A stretch of 46,757 nt of DNA, taken from an uncultured Nocardioidaceae bacterium (lineage in GTDB: Bacteria > Actinomycetota > Actinomycetes > Propionibacteriales > Nocardioidaceae). Positions 9,338 through 17,732 of this stretch are shown here, piece after piece; within the stretch, counting starts at the first letter, position 1; each line of letters opens with the position of its first letter. The position numbers were made by a program, and so were the translations under genes. Location of the stretch: the NCBI GenBank assembly GCA_964385195.1, contig CAYLOC010000001.1, forward strand, positions 1 to 46,757. Direction: 5' to 3'. The notes under the pieces are model-generated. The model saw only the letters and a list, made by a program, of their open reading frames with translations, made no database searches and was not told where the DNA came from.

Positions 9338-10693
9338 TTAACCCTGGGCGGTGTTCTGGAGTTGCCCCAGAACCGTCTTCGCGTTACCCGGCTGCAGGGC
9401 CTGTCCGACAATCTGCTTCATCTGCTCGTTGACCTGGGTCCAGGTCTTCTTGCTGGTCGGATAGAACGTCGCGTTCGGGAGCGCGTCGAGGAACGGCTTC
9501 AGATGCGGCTTGGACGCCAACTGCTTGCTCGCACCCTTGGTGATCGGCAGCAGCTCATACTCGTTGAAGAACGACTCCTGGTACTTGTCCTGCATGACGA
9601 AGTCCAAGAACGCCTTGATCTGCTGCTGGTGGTCGCCGTCCCCCTTGAACGCCCAGATCCAGTCGCAGACACCCAGCGTGGACTTCGCCGGCCCGTTCTT
9701 GCCGGGGATCGGGGCGATTCCGAAGTTGACGCCGCTGCCCTTCAACTGCGGCAGGAGGGCCGGCTGACCATGCATCTCGCCCACCTTCCCCGCCTTGAAG
9801 GCAGCCCAGCAACCCTTGGTGCGGTCGACGGTGGCGGGGTTGGGCTCGGTGAGGCCGGCGCTGACAAGTCCCTGCAGGTACGTGAACGTCTCGATGTTCG
9901 CTGGGCTGTCCAGTGTCCAGTTGCCGCTGGAGTCGACGAAGCCACCTCCGTTGCCGAGCTCCCAGATCAGCGTCTCGGCCTGGGCCTCTTCGGAGCCGAA
10001 CGGGATGCAGGCGGGGATGTCTGCGCCGGCCTGCTTCAACTTCTGCGCATCCGTCTTGAACTCCGCCCAGGTCTTGGGTGGCGCGGAGATACCCGCCTTG
10101 GAGAACAGGTCCTTGTTGTAGAACAGCGCGCGGGAGCTGGAGATCCACGGAATGCCGTACTGGGTGCCATCGATCTCGCCCTGTTGGGAGAAGGAGGACA
10201 AGATGTTGTTCTGGGTCGTCTTCGACAAGACCTGGTCGGCCGGGTACACCTGATCGGTCAGCCCGGTCCAGTCGGCGCTGGCTTGAGCGATATCCGGCGG
10301 ATTGCCAGCGGCGACCTGCTTCTTGATCTGCGCATCCACGTCATTCCAGTTGATGACGTTGACCTTGACCGTGATCTGCGGGTACTTCTTGTTGAAGTCC
10401 GCGACCACGCCGTCCCACCACTTCTGCCCGCTGTTGGCCGCGCTCGGTCCGTTGCCGTAGTCGGCGGCGATGACGTTCAACGTCGCGGCCGGGATACCCG
10501 ATCCACCTCCGGAGCCGGAGCTACTCGTCGCAGCGCCGCTGGAGGCACTGCCACCGGTCGCCGTGGAGGTGGTGTTGCTGGAACCGCCCGAGCCACAGGC
10601 ACTCAGCGCCAGCGCTGCGACCACCCCCACCGACACCATCGCGGCGGCGTGCCGCCTTGTTCGCGACCCGTGGAACACACGCCGGATCCTCAT
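9338..10693 (-). CDS. extracellular sugar-binding lipoprotein of an ABC importer (family 1 SBP)
   Basis: ORF trimmed to ATG 10693. Signal MRIRRVFHGSRTRRHAAAMVSVGVVAALALSACGSGG carries a lipobox (LSAC) and a Ser/Gly/Thr linker. Length and composition are typical of family 1 solute-binding proteins. Confidence 0.9.
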   Translation of the reverse strand: MRIRRVFHGSRTRRHAAAMVSVGVVAALALSACGSGGSSNTTSTATGGSASSGAATSSSGSGGGSGIPAATLNVIAADYGNGPSAANSGQKWWDGVVADFNKKYPQITVKVNVINWNDVDAQIKKQVAAGNPPDIAQASADWTGLTDQVYPADQVLSKTTQNNILSSFSQQGEIDGTQYGIPWISSSRALFYNKDLFSKAGISAPPKTWAEFKTDAQKLKQAGADIPACIPFGSEEAQAETLIWELGNGGGFVDSSGNWTLDSPANIETFTYLQGLVSAGLTEPNPATVDRTKGCWAAFKAGKVGEMHGQPALLPQLKGSGVNFGIAPIPGKNGPAKSTLGVCDWIWAFKGDGDHQQQIKAFLDFVMQDKYQESFFNEYELLPITKGASKQLASKPHLKPFLDALPNATFYPTSKKTWTQVNEQMKQIVGQALQPGNAKTVLGQLQNTAQG

Positions 10694-10784
10694 GCGCAGC
10701 CCTCTTCCCAAGGATGATCGAACATGATCATATTCACACTGAATCGAGCGTAGGTCAACATCCTTCCGGCACGGACCTGGTCGA

Positions 10785-10790
10785 TAGGGT
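10785..10790 (+). promoter_or_regulatory. candidate -10 hexamer TAGGGT for a leaderless kinase-aldolase transcript
   Basis: TANNNT-type hexamer exactly 7 nt upstream of ATG 10798, with no Shine-Dalgarno in between. The same CGATAGGGTG decamer and spacing recur upstream of galE. Confidence 0.4.
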
Positions 10791-10797
10791 GGCACTC

Positions 10798-11748
10798 ATG
10801 ATCGTGACGGTGACGCCGAATCCGGCCTACGACGTCACGTACCGGATCCGCACCGGCCTGACGCCGGGCGTGGTGCACCGGGTGGGCGAGGTACGCCGAC
10901 GCGTCGGCGGCAAAGGAGTCAACGTCGCGCGGGTCCTGGGTGCGCTCGGCGAGCCGGTGCGCGCGCTTACCTGGGGCGACGTCGCCTTCGGCGCGGCAGC
11001 GGCGGCGGAGGGGCTCGTGGTGGAGGTCGTGCCCGGCCCGTCCCCGGTGCGCACCACCCTCGTCATCCATGACGCTGACGACACCACGACCTCGCTCTGG
11101 GAACGGGGACAGCCGGTGACCACGGAGCAGGCCTCGGGACTGGTCGAACATGTCGCCCGCGCCACGGTCGCGGCCGGGCCTCCGGCGGCCCTGGTGGTGT
11201 CCGGCAGCCTGCCGCCCGGGGCGCCCACCGACCTCCTCTCGCGCCTTGCCGCGAGCGCACGCGGTCTCGACGTACCGGTCGTTGTGGATACCAGTGGACC
11301 AGCGCTTGCGGCGGCAGCCAGGGCCCCCGGGGTGGTGATCACCCCGAACACCGACGAACTCACCGAGCTCACCGGCGAGGCGGTTCGTACCGCGGACGTG
11401 GTGCCGCAGATGACACGGACCCTGTGCGGTCCCGGTCGCCTCGCCGCGGTGGCCGCGACGCTGGGGCCGGAGGGGATCGTGGTGACGACCGGCGACGCCG
11501 CCTGGCATGCCCGGCTGGACCGGCCGCTGGACGGCAACCCCACCGGCGCCGGTGACGCCGCCGTCGCCGCCTTGGCGGCGGGGCTGGCACGAGGACACTC
11601 CTGGCCGGAGATCGCCGCCGCCGCCGTCGCCTGTGCCTCCGCCGCGGTGCTGGCACCGGTCGCGGGCGAGGTCGACCCGCACGTCCGCGACGACCTGGCC
11701 ACGCGGGTGCGGGTCCGGCCACTCGGTGACCACGAGGGGGTGCGATGA
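10798..11748 (+). CDS. PfkB-family sugar-phosphate kinase (1-phosphofructokinase / tagatose-6-phosphate kinase type)
   Basis: ORF 10657-11748 trimmed to ATG 10798 (MIVTVTPNPAYDVTY, the typical FruK/LacC N-terminus). Motifs GGKGVNVA and the PfkB signature NPTGAGDA are present. Confidence 0.85.
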   Translation: MIVTVTPNPAYDVTYRIRTGLTPGVVHRVGEVRRRVGGKGVNVARVLGALGEPVRALTWGDVAFGAAAAAEGLVVEVVPGPSPVRTTLVIHDADDTTTSLWERGQPVTTEQASGLVEHVARATVAAGPPAALVVSGSLPPGAPTDLLSRLAASARGLDVPVVVDTSGPALAAAARAPGVVITPNTDELTELTGEAVRTADVVPQMTRTLCGPGRLAAVAATLGPEGIVVTTGDAAWHARLDRPLDGNPTGAGDAAVAALAAGLARGHSWPEIAAAAVACASAAVLAPVAGEVDPHVRDDLATRVRVRPLGDHEGVR

Positions 11749-12578
11749 GTCTCGCCTCGATGGCCGACGCCCTGATCCAGGCCCAGCCGGGCGGGCTGGC
11801 CGCGTTCAACGTGATCCAGATCGAGCACGCCGAGGCGCTCGTGGCCGCCGCCGAGGACGCCGGGCGCCCGGTCGTGTTGCAGATCTCGCAGAACTGCGTC
11901 CGCTACCACGGTGACCTCACACCCCTGGGCGTCGCGTGCCTGCGCATCGCGGCGACCACGACCGCAACGGTGGTCGTGCACCTGGACCATGCCACGCGGC
12001 GGCACCTCGTCGAGGAAGCGGTGTCGCTCGGTTTCCCGTCGGTGATGTTCGACGCGTCGGCGCTGCCGTACGGCGAGAACGAGTCCACCACTGCCGAGGT
12101 CACGACGTGGTGCCACCGGCGCGGCGTCTGGGTCGAGGCCGAACTCGGCGAGATCGGTGGGAAGGACGGTGTTCACGCCCCCGGGGCGCGGACCGACCCC
12201 GACCAGGCCGCGGCGTTCTGCACTGCCACCGACGTGGACGCGCTGGCGGTCGCTGTCGGATCCTCCCATGCGATGGTGACGCGGGATGCCACGCTCGACC
12301 AGGGGTTGATCGCGACGCTGCGCGGCGCCCTCGACGTACCGCTGGTGCTGCACGGATCCTCCGGCGTACCGGACGACCAACTGCAGGCGGCGGTACGCAA
12401 CGGGATCGCGAAAGTCAACATCGCTACCCACCTGAACAAGGTGCTGACCGACGCGGTACGGCGACGTCTCGCGGAGGATCCCGCGCTGGTGGATCCGCGC
12501 CGCTACCTCGGGGCCGGACGTGACGCCGTACGAGCCGAGGCCCGGCGGTTGCTGGATCTCCTCGGCGACCCTGCCTAG
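11745..12578 (+). CDS. class II ketose-bisphosphate aldolase (fructose/tagatose-bisphosphate aldolase family)
   Basis: Motifs VVHLDHATR, EAELGEIGGKDG and LVLHGSSGVP are typical of class II FBA/GatY/KbaY. ATGA overlap with the kinase. Confidence 0.85.
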   Translation: MSLASMADALIQAQPGGLAAFNVIQIEHAEALVAAAEDAGRPVVLQISQNCVRYHGDLTPLGVACLRIAATTTATVVVHLDHATRRHLVEEAVSLGFPSVMFDASALPYGENESTTAEVTTWCHRRGVWVEAELGEIGGKDGVHAPGARTDPDQAAAFCTATDVDALAVAVGSSHAMVTRDATLDQGLIATLRGALDVPLVLHGSSGVPDDQLQAAVRNGIAKVNIATHLNKVLTDAVRRRLAEDPALVDPRRYLGAGRDAVRAEARRLLDLLGDPA

Positions 12579-13735
12579 ACGATGTTCTGCTCCGGCCGGA
12601 CGGCGTCGGCGGAGAATCGGCGTACGTCGAGGCCGGTCACGTCCACCACCGGCGGCCGGCCCAGGTACAGGTCACGCATGACCTCGCCCACGGCGGGGCC
12701 CATCAAGAACCCGTGGCCGGAGAAGCCGGTGGCGTAGAGGAACCCGTCGATCTCCGCCGCGGCGCCGATCAGCGCGTTGTGGTCGGGGGTGTCCTCATAC
12801 AGCCCGGCCCACCCGGACGCGATCCCGGCTTCGGTCAGGGCCGGAGCCCGCCGCGCCATCGCCTCGCCCAGCCTGGTCAGCCAGGAATCGGACCGGGACA
12901 GCTGGAAACCAGGAGTCTCGTCGGGGTCCGACATCCCCAGCAACAGCCCGGCTCCCTCGGGGTGGAAGTAGAAGCTGGTGCCGAAGTCGATCGTGAACGG
13001 CATCGCCGGGTCCAGGTCCGGGATCGCGTCGGTGATCAGCACCTGCCTGCGCAGCGGGGTCACCGGCAGGTCCACCCCGGCCCAGGCGCCGACTTCCGCC
13101 GACCACGCGCCCGCGGCGCACACCACGCAGTCGGTCGCGATCGGACCGGCGGCGGTGTGGACGGCGGCCACCCGACTGTTGGTGATGTCGATCCCGGTGG
13201 CGGCGCAGTGCGGGATCAGCCGGGCGCCGAGTCGGCGCGCGGCGGTGGCATAGCCCAGCACCACCGCCTCCGGGGTGCAGTGGCCGTCGTCCGGTGAGAA
13301 GGCGGCGCCGACCAGCCCGTCCGGGGCCATCAGCGGTGACATCCGTGTGGCCTCATCGACGGTGAGCATCCGGCTCGGGACGCCGAGGTCGTTCTGCATC
13401 GCCACGTTGGCCTCGAACTGCGCCACCTGCTCCGCGGTGTCGAGGCCGAACAGGTAGCCCACCTGGTGGAAGTCGATCTCCTGGCCGAACAACTCGCCGA
13501 ACCGGGCGAACACCTCCAGGCTGCGGCGGCCGAGCTCGACGTTGGTCCGGTCGGAGAACTGCGCCCGGACGCCGCCGGCAGCCTTCGACGTAGAGCCGGA
13601 CCCGAGGGCTCCAGAGTCCAGTAGCACCACGTCCCGTACCCCGGCCGCGGCGAGGTGGTAGGCGGTGCTGACCCCCATCACGCCGCCACCGATCACCACC
13701 ACCGACGCAGTCGCGGGTCGTTGCGATGGGCTCAC
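12575..13735 (-). CDS. FAD-dependent oxidoreductase (DAO / sarcosine-oxidase-beta-like family)
   Basis: N-terminal dinucleotide fold VVVIGGGVMGVSTAYHLAAAG. C-terminal ATGFSGHGFLMGPAVG is typical of the DAO family. GTG start 13735 has GAGGA upstream. Its stop shares the tetranucleotide CTAG with the convergent aldolase stop. Confidence 0.85.
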   Translation of the reverse strand: MSPSQRPATASVVVIGGGVMGVSTAYHLAAAGVRDVVLLDSGALGSGSTSKAAGGVRAQFSDRTNVELGRRSLEVFARFGELFGQEIDFHQVGYLFGLDTAEQVAQFEANVAMQNDLGVPSRMLTVDEATRMSPLMAPDGLVGAAFSPDDGHCTPEAVVLGYATAARRLGARLIPHCAATGIDITNSRVAAVHTAAGPIATDCVVCAAGAWSAEVGAWAGVDLPVTPLRRQVLITDAIPDLDPAMPFTIDFGTSFYFHPEGAGLLLGMSDPDETPGFQLSRSDSWLTRLGEAMARRAPALTEAGIASGWAGLYEDTPDHNALIGAAAEIDGFLYATGFSGHGFLMGPAVGEVMRDLYLGRPPVVDVTGLDVRRFSADAVRPEQNIV

Positions 13736-13750
13736 CCAGCCATCCTCGCA

Positions 13751-13800
13751 GAGTTGTCAGAATCTGGGCACGCGATGGCGTGCCCAGATTCTGACAACTC
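13751..13800. repeat. 50-nt palindromic repeat, copy A (perfect 23-bp arms)
   Basis: GAGTTGTCAGAATCTGGGCACGC GATG GCGTGCCCAGATTCTGACAACTC. The arms are exact reverse complements. The outer 12 nt are shared with copies at 32246 and 36383. Confidence 0.9.
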
Positions 13801-13805
13801 GGCGA

Positions 13806-13811
13806 TAGGGT
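13806..13811 (+). promoter_or_regulatory. candidate -10 hexamer TAGGGT for leaderless galE
   Basis: TANNNT hexamer 7 nt upstream of ATG 13819, with no Shine-Dalgarno. The CGATAGGGTG context is identical to 10782-10791. Confidence 0.4.
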
Positions 13812-13818
13812 GCCACCT

Positions 13819-14835
13819 ATGCGTGTACTGGTCTCCGGCGGCGCCGGCTACATCGGGTCCCACACGGTCGTGCACCTGGTCGAGTCCGGGTACGACGTCT
13901 TGATCGTGGACAACTTCTGCAACTCCAAGCCCTCCGTCATCGGTCGGCTGGAGGCGATCACCGGCGCCCACCTCCCCGTGCACGGCTTCGACCTGCGGGA
14001 CATGGACAAGACCGAGCACCTGTTCACGCACGAGCCGATCGACGCGGTGATCCACTTTGCCGGCCTGAAGGCGGTCGGGGAGAGCGTGGAGAAGCCCCTG
14101 GAGTACTACGAGAACAACCTCGGCTCGACGTTCTCCCTGGTCCGGGCGATGCGCCGGCACGGGGTCTACAAGCTCGTGTTCTCCTCCTCGGCGACGGTCT
14201 ACGGCGCCGGGCAGGAGGCGGCGACGGAGGACCAGCCGACATCGGCCACCAACCCGTACGGCTGGACCAAGATGATGCAGGAGCAGATCCTGCGTGACGT
14301 CGCCGCGGCCGACACCACGATGCGGGTGGCGCTGCTGCGGTACTTCAACCCGGTCGGTGCCCACCCTTCGGGGCGGATCGGTGAGGACCCGGCGGGGATC
14401 CCGAACAACCTCATGCCGTTCATCGCCCAGGTCGCCGCGGGCCGCCGCGACCGGCTACGGGTGTTCGGCGACGACTACGACACGGTCGACGGCACCGGCG
14501 TCCGGGACTACATCCACGTCGAGGATCTCGCCGCCGGCCACGTCGCCGCGCTCGACAAGCTCGCCACCACCGACCAGCCGGTCAGCACGTGGAACCTCGG
14601 GACGGGACAGGGCACGAGCGTCTTGCAGCTGCTGCACGCGTTCGAACAGGCCATCGGGCGCGAACTCCCCTATGAGATCGTGGGCCGTCGCTCTGGTGAC
14701 ATCGCCACCTCGTACGCCGACCCCTCCCGCGCGCACGCCGAGCTCGGCTGGCGGGCTACGCGGTCGGTCGAGGACATGTGTCGTGATACGTGGCGGTGGC
14801 AGTCCCAGAACCCCCAGGGGTACCCCGACGCCTGA
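13819..14835 (+). CDS. galE: UDP-glucose 4-epimerase
   Basis: MRVLVSGGAGYIGSH Rossmann motif, VDNFCNS, and catalytic YxxxK (PYGWTKMM). Length ~338 aa. ATG 13819 preferred over GTG 13810. Confidence 0.92.
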   Translation: MRVLVSGGAGYIGSHTVVHLVESGYDVLIVDNFCNSKPSVIGRLEAITGAHLPVHGFDLRDMDKTEHLFTHEPIDAVIHFAGLKAVGESVEKPLEYYENNLGSTFSLVRAMRRHGVYKLVFSSSATVYGAGQEAATEDQPTSATNPYGWTKMMQEQILRDVAAADTTMRVALLRYFNPVGAHPSGRIGEDPAGIPNNLMPFIAQVAAGRRDRLRVFGDDYDTVDGTGVRDYIHVEDLAAGHVAALDKLATTDQPVSTWNLGTGQGTSVLQLLHAFEQAIGRELPYEIVGRRSGDIATSYADPSRAHAELGWRATRSVEDMCRDTWRWQSQNPQGYPDA

Positions 14836-14909
14836 GCAGGCGACACCACGCCGCGTCCGGCACTACCCTGGGCGAGGACCACACGCCCGCGACGAACCCG
14901 GGAGGCAGG

Positions 14910-15680
14910 GTGGGGTTCGACACCGAGGAGCACTACGCACGGCTGGCATCGGCGTACAACGGCAACTGGGCACACGATCCGGACTACGTCGCCTGGATGA
15001 GCCGCCGCATCATGGACGCGTTGGCGGTTACCTCCGGCGACCGGGTCGCCGACATCGGCGCCGGCACCGGCTTGTTCCTGGGGTTGCTCGGCGACACGGT
15101 GACGGAGCAGAACCCGGTGGTGTGTATCGACCCGTCCCGTCCGATGCTCGACCAGCTACCCGACGACCCCCGCCTGCGGCGGGTACAGGCCACGGCCGAG
15201 GACGTGGCGAGTGGGGCAGTGGCACTGCCGTATGACCGGCTCGACGCGGTGCTGATCAAGGAGGCCATCCACCACGTCTCCGACATCCCCGGCACGATCG
15301 CGGGCCTGGCGGCCCGGCTGGCGCCCGGCGGACGGTTCCTGATCGTGACCCTGCCGCCGGACCTGGACTACCCGCTGTTCCCGGAGGCGCTGGAGCGGTT
15401 CCGCCGGCACCAGCCCGACCCGGTCCAGATCGTGGCAGCAATGCGCGCGGCCGGTCTGACGGCGCGGCTGGGCTATGCCGGCTACCCGGTACGGGTCGCG
15501 CGGGAGCATTACGTGGAGTTGGTGCGTCACCGGTGGATGTCGGTGTTGTCGACGTTCAGCGACGCCGAACTCGAGGCAGGCGCCCGGCAGATCCAGCGTG
15601 CCCATCCGGCCGAACTGCGGTTCACCGACATGTTCGCGCTCGTACTCGGCGTACGGGACCGACGTGCCGCTGGGTCCTAG
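14910..15680 (+). CDS. class I SAM-dependent methyltransferase
   Basis: Motif I is VADIGAGTGLFLG. GTG 14910 is chosen because GGGAGGCAG lies directly upstream. The upstream part of ORF 14790-15680 overlaps the galE 3-prime end. Confidence 0.75.
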   Translation: MGFDTEEHYARLASAYNGNWAHDPDYVAWMSRRIMDALAVTSGDRVADIGAGTGLFLGLLGDTVTEQNPVVCIDPSRPMLDQLPDDPRLRRVQATAEDVASGAVALPYDRLDAVLIKEAIHHVSDIPGTIAGLAARLAPGGRFLIVTLPPDLDYPLFPEALERFRRHQPDPVQIVAAMRAAGLTARLGYAGYPVRVAREHYVELVRHRWMSVLSTFSDAELEAGARQIQRAHPAELRFTDMFALVLGVRDRRAAGS

Positions 15681-15889
15681 GAGTCGTCGGACTTGCGTGG
15701 CTGGGGTACGCCGGCCAGCAACTCGCGCACCTCCGACTCGCGGTAGCGCCGATGACCACCGAGTGTCCGGATCGAACTCAACTTGCCGGCCTTCGCCCAA
15801 CGGGTGACAGTCTTGGGGTCGACACGAAACATCGCGGCGACCTCGGCCGGAGTAAGCAACGACTCGGACTCAGTGTGCTTGGAGTTCAC
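15677..15889 (-). CDS. bldC: BldC-family MerR-like small DNA-binding developmental regulator
   Basis: The core LLTPAEVAAMFRVDPKTVTRWAKAGKLSSIRTLGGHRRYRESEVRELLAG is nearly the Streptomyces BldC sequence as I recall it. GTG 15889 (70 aa, GGAGGA 4 nt upstream) is preferred over the track start TTG 15916. Confidence 0.85.
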   Translation of the reverse strand: MNSKHTESESLLTPAEVAAMFRVDPKTVTRWAKAGKLSSIRTLGGHRRYRESEVRELLAGVPQPRKSDDS

Positions 15890-16229
15890 CTCGTCCTCCT
15901 CTGGTCGTGCATCCAAGCTGTCCGCTGGACGCCGGGAACGTGGGTGCCGATAGTCGACCGATCCTCACGTTCACCCAATCATGAAGCGGTCATCTCAGGT
16001 AAAGCGTAGTCGATCATCACAAAAACCACGTCCCCCTCAAATAGTTGCTTCCAGCACAAAGTTACAACAATGCCGTGGTCCTCGGCTACCCCCCACCCGC
16101 AGACAACTCAAGCATAGTGCAGCAACCCCCCGCAGTATCGGAAGCCACGGGAAATTTCCGAGCAGATCGCCCTCACCACCCGCGCGGGCCGAGCCGTGAC
16201 CGTCCCGCACGCTGGCCTATCGTGGGAGT

Positions 16230-17387
16230 GTGCCGCTTACCCGCGACACCGAGCCCCACCACTCCCGACACCCCGGGACGGACCCAGAAAGACGCGCAGC
16301 CGTGGCCGAGACCCCTGGATTCACCGTACTGAGCAACGAGACCGGACACGAGCAGGTCGTGTTCTGCCAGCACCCGCCGAGCGGTCTGCGCGCCATCATC
16401 GCGATCTACTCCACTGCGCTCGGTCCCGCGCTGGGCGGCACCCGGTTCTACCCGTATGAGTCCGAAGCCGACGCCGTCCGCGATGTGTTGAACCTCTCCC
16501 AGGGCATGGCCTACAAAGCCGCGTTGACCGGCCTCGACTTCGGCGGCGGCAAGGCCGTGATCATCGGCGACCCCCACACCGACAAGTCCGAAGCCCTCCT
16601 GCGGGCCTATGGCCGGTTCGTGCAGTCCCTCGGTGGCCGCTACCTCACCGCGTGCGACGTCGGCACCTACAGCGAGGACATGGACGTCATCGCCCGGGAG
16701 TGCGACTTCGTGACCGGGCGCACCATCGCCCACGGCGGCGCCGGCGACTCCAGCATCCTCACCGCCTTCGGGGTTTTCCAGGGCATGCGGGCCGCCGCCG
16801 AGGTCGCGTGGGGCACACCGAGCCTGCACGGCAGGCGCGTCGGCGTTGCCGGCGTCGGGAAGGTGGGCCACTACCTGGTGAACCACCTGATCGAAGACGG
16901 TGCCGAGGTCGTGGTGACCGACGTCTACCAGCCGGCGCTGGACCGGGTCCGCTCCGACCACCCTGACGTTGCCGTGGTCACCGACACCGACGAGCTCGTA
17001 CGCAGCGACATCGACGTGTATGCCCCCTGCGCCCTCGGCGACGCCTTGGACGACACCACGGTGAAGGTGCTCAAGGCCACCGTGGTCTGCGGAGCGGCGA
17101 ACAACCAGCTCGCCCATCCCGGCATCGAGGACGTCCTCCAAAGCCGGGGCATCCTCTACGCTCCGGACTACTGCGTCAACGCCGGCGGGCTGATCCAGGT
17201 CAGCGACGAACTCGAGGGGTTCTCGTTCGAGCGCGCCAAGGCCCGCGCCACGAAGATCTACGACACCACGAAGGACGTGTTCGCGGTCGCCACCGCGGAG
17301 GGGCTCACCACGGCCGCTGCAGCGGATCGGATCGCCGAGCGCCGGATGGCCATGGTCGGTGACCTCCGTCGGATCGCGGTCCCCTGA
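16230..17387 (+). CDS. vdh: Leu/Val dehydrogenase (Glu/Leu/Phe/Val dehydrogenase family)
   Basis: Active-site Lys motif [14 protein letters not shown] and NAD fold [12 protein letters not shown]. Synteny with bldC, DUF3073 and purM matches the Streptomyces vdh locus. Start is uncertain: GTG 16230 lies 6 nt after a TATCGT -10-like hexamer; GTG 16302 is an alternative. Confidence 0.85.
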   Translation: MPLTRDTEPHHSRHPGTDPERRAAVAETPGFTVLSNETGHEQVVFCQHPPSGLRAIIAIYSTALGPALGGTRFYPYESEADAVRDVLNLSQGMAYKAALTGLDFGGGKAVIIGDPHTDKSEALLRAYGRFVQSLGGRYLTACDVGTYSEDMDVIARECDFVTGRTIAHGGAGDSSILTAFGVFQGMRAAAEVAWGTPSLHGRRVGVAGVGKVGHYLVNHLIEDGAEVVVTDVYQPALDRVRSDHPDVAVVTDTDELVRSDIDVYAPCALGDALDDTTVKVLKATVVCGAANNQLAHPGIEDVLQSRGILYAPDYCVNAGGLIQVSDELEGFSFERAKARATKIYDTTKDVFAVATAEGLTTAAAADRIAERRMAMVGDLRRIAVP

Positions 17388-17410
17388 CCCCGGAAGGCTG
17401 ACCCCGGGCC

Positions 17411-17605
17411 TTAGCGTCGCTGGGCGGACTCGTCGGCGTGGTCGTCCAGCTCGTCGGCATAGGGGTCGTCATACTCGTCGCCGGGTTCGTCTGCACGCTT
17501 CCCGTGCAGTTCCCGTTCCAGTTCGGCAAAGTCAGTGTTGAACTCGCGGTACTTCAACTCGCGAGCAACCTTCGTCTGCTTCGCCTTCGCACGGCCGCGC
17601 CCCAT
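17411..17605 (-). CDS. DUF3073-family small conserved actinobacterial protein
   Basis: ORF trimmed to ATG 17605. Basic N-terminus MGRGRAKAKQTKVARELKYREF and an acidic C-terminal tail. Conserved position next to purM. Confidence 0.8.
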   Translation of the reverse strand: MGRGRAKAKQTKVARELKYREFNTDFAELERELHGKRADEPGDEYDDPYADELDDHADESAQRR

Positions 17606-17732
17606 AGGGTCGACCCCCTCGCACATCGATGCCGGGTCCACCCATGTGGTGCCCGGTCTTCCTTCTTTGTCATCCGTGGCTCCCACGATACCTGGCCGCG
17701 CGCGCAGATACACACCCCCGGCCCGGCGTTTG

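Noticed and set aside
10715-10731. TGATC-N6-GATCA and ATGATCAT palindromes in the AT-richer divergent region between the sugar-binding protein and the kinase
   Set aside because: The arms are only 5 bp and are expected by chance. This is plausibly an operator for an unlinked sugar regulator, but the sequence alone does not support a call.
13911-13928. GACAACTTCTGCAACTCC inside galE and GTTGTCAACTCC at 2829-2840, which resemble the ends of the palindromic repeat
   Set aside because: The galE match encodes the conserved VDNFCNS motif, and the other match is only about 12 nt with no partner arm. Both are chance similarity, not repeat copies.
16097-16106. 10-mer CCGCAGACAA in the bldC-vdh intergenic region, shared with the tandem 17-mers at 37976-38009; the same spot also carries GACAACTC
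   Set aside because: A single short match with no repeat structure around it. It could be chance given how many motifs I compared. Worth re-examining only if a genome-wide motif search supports the 17-mer.
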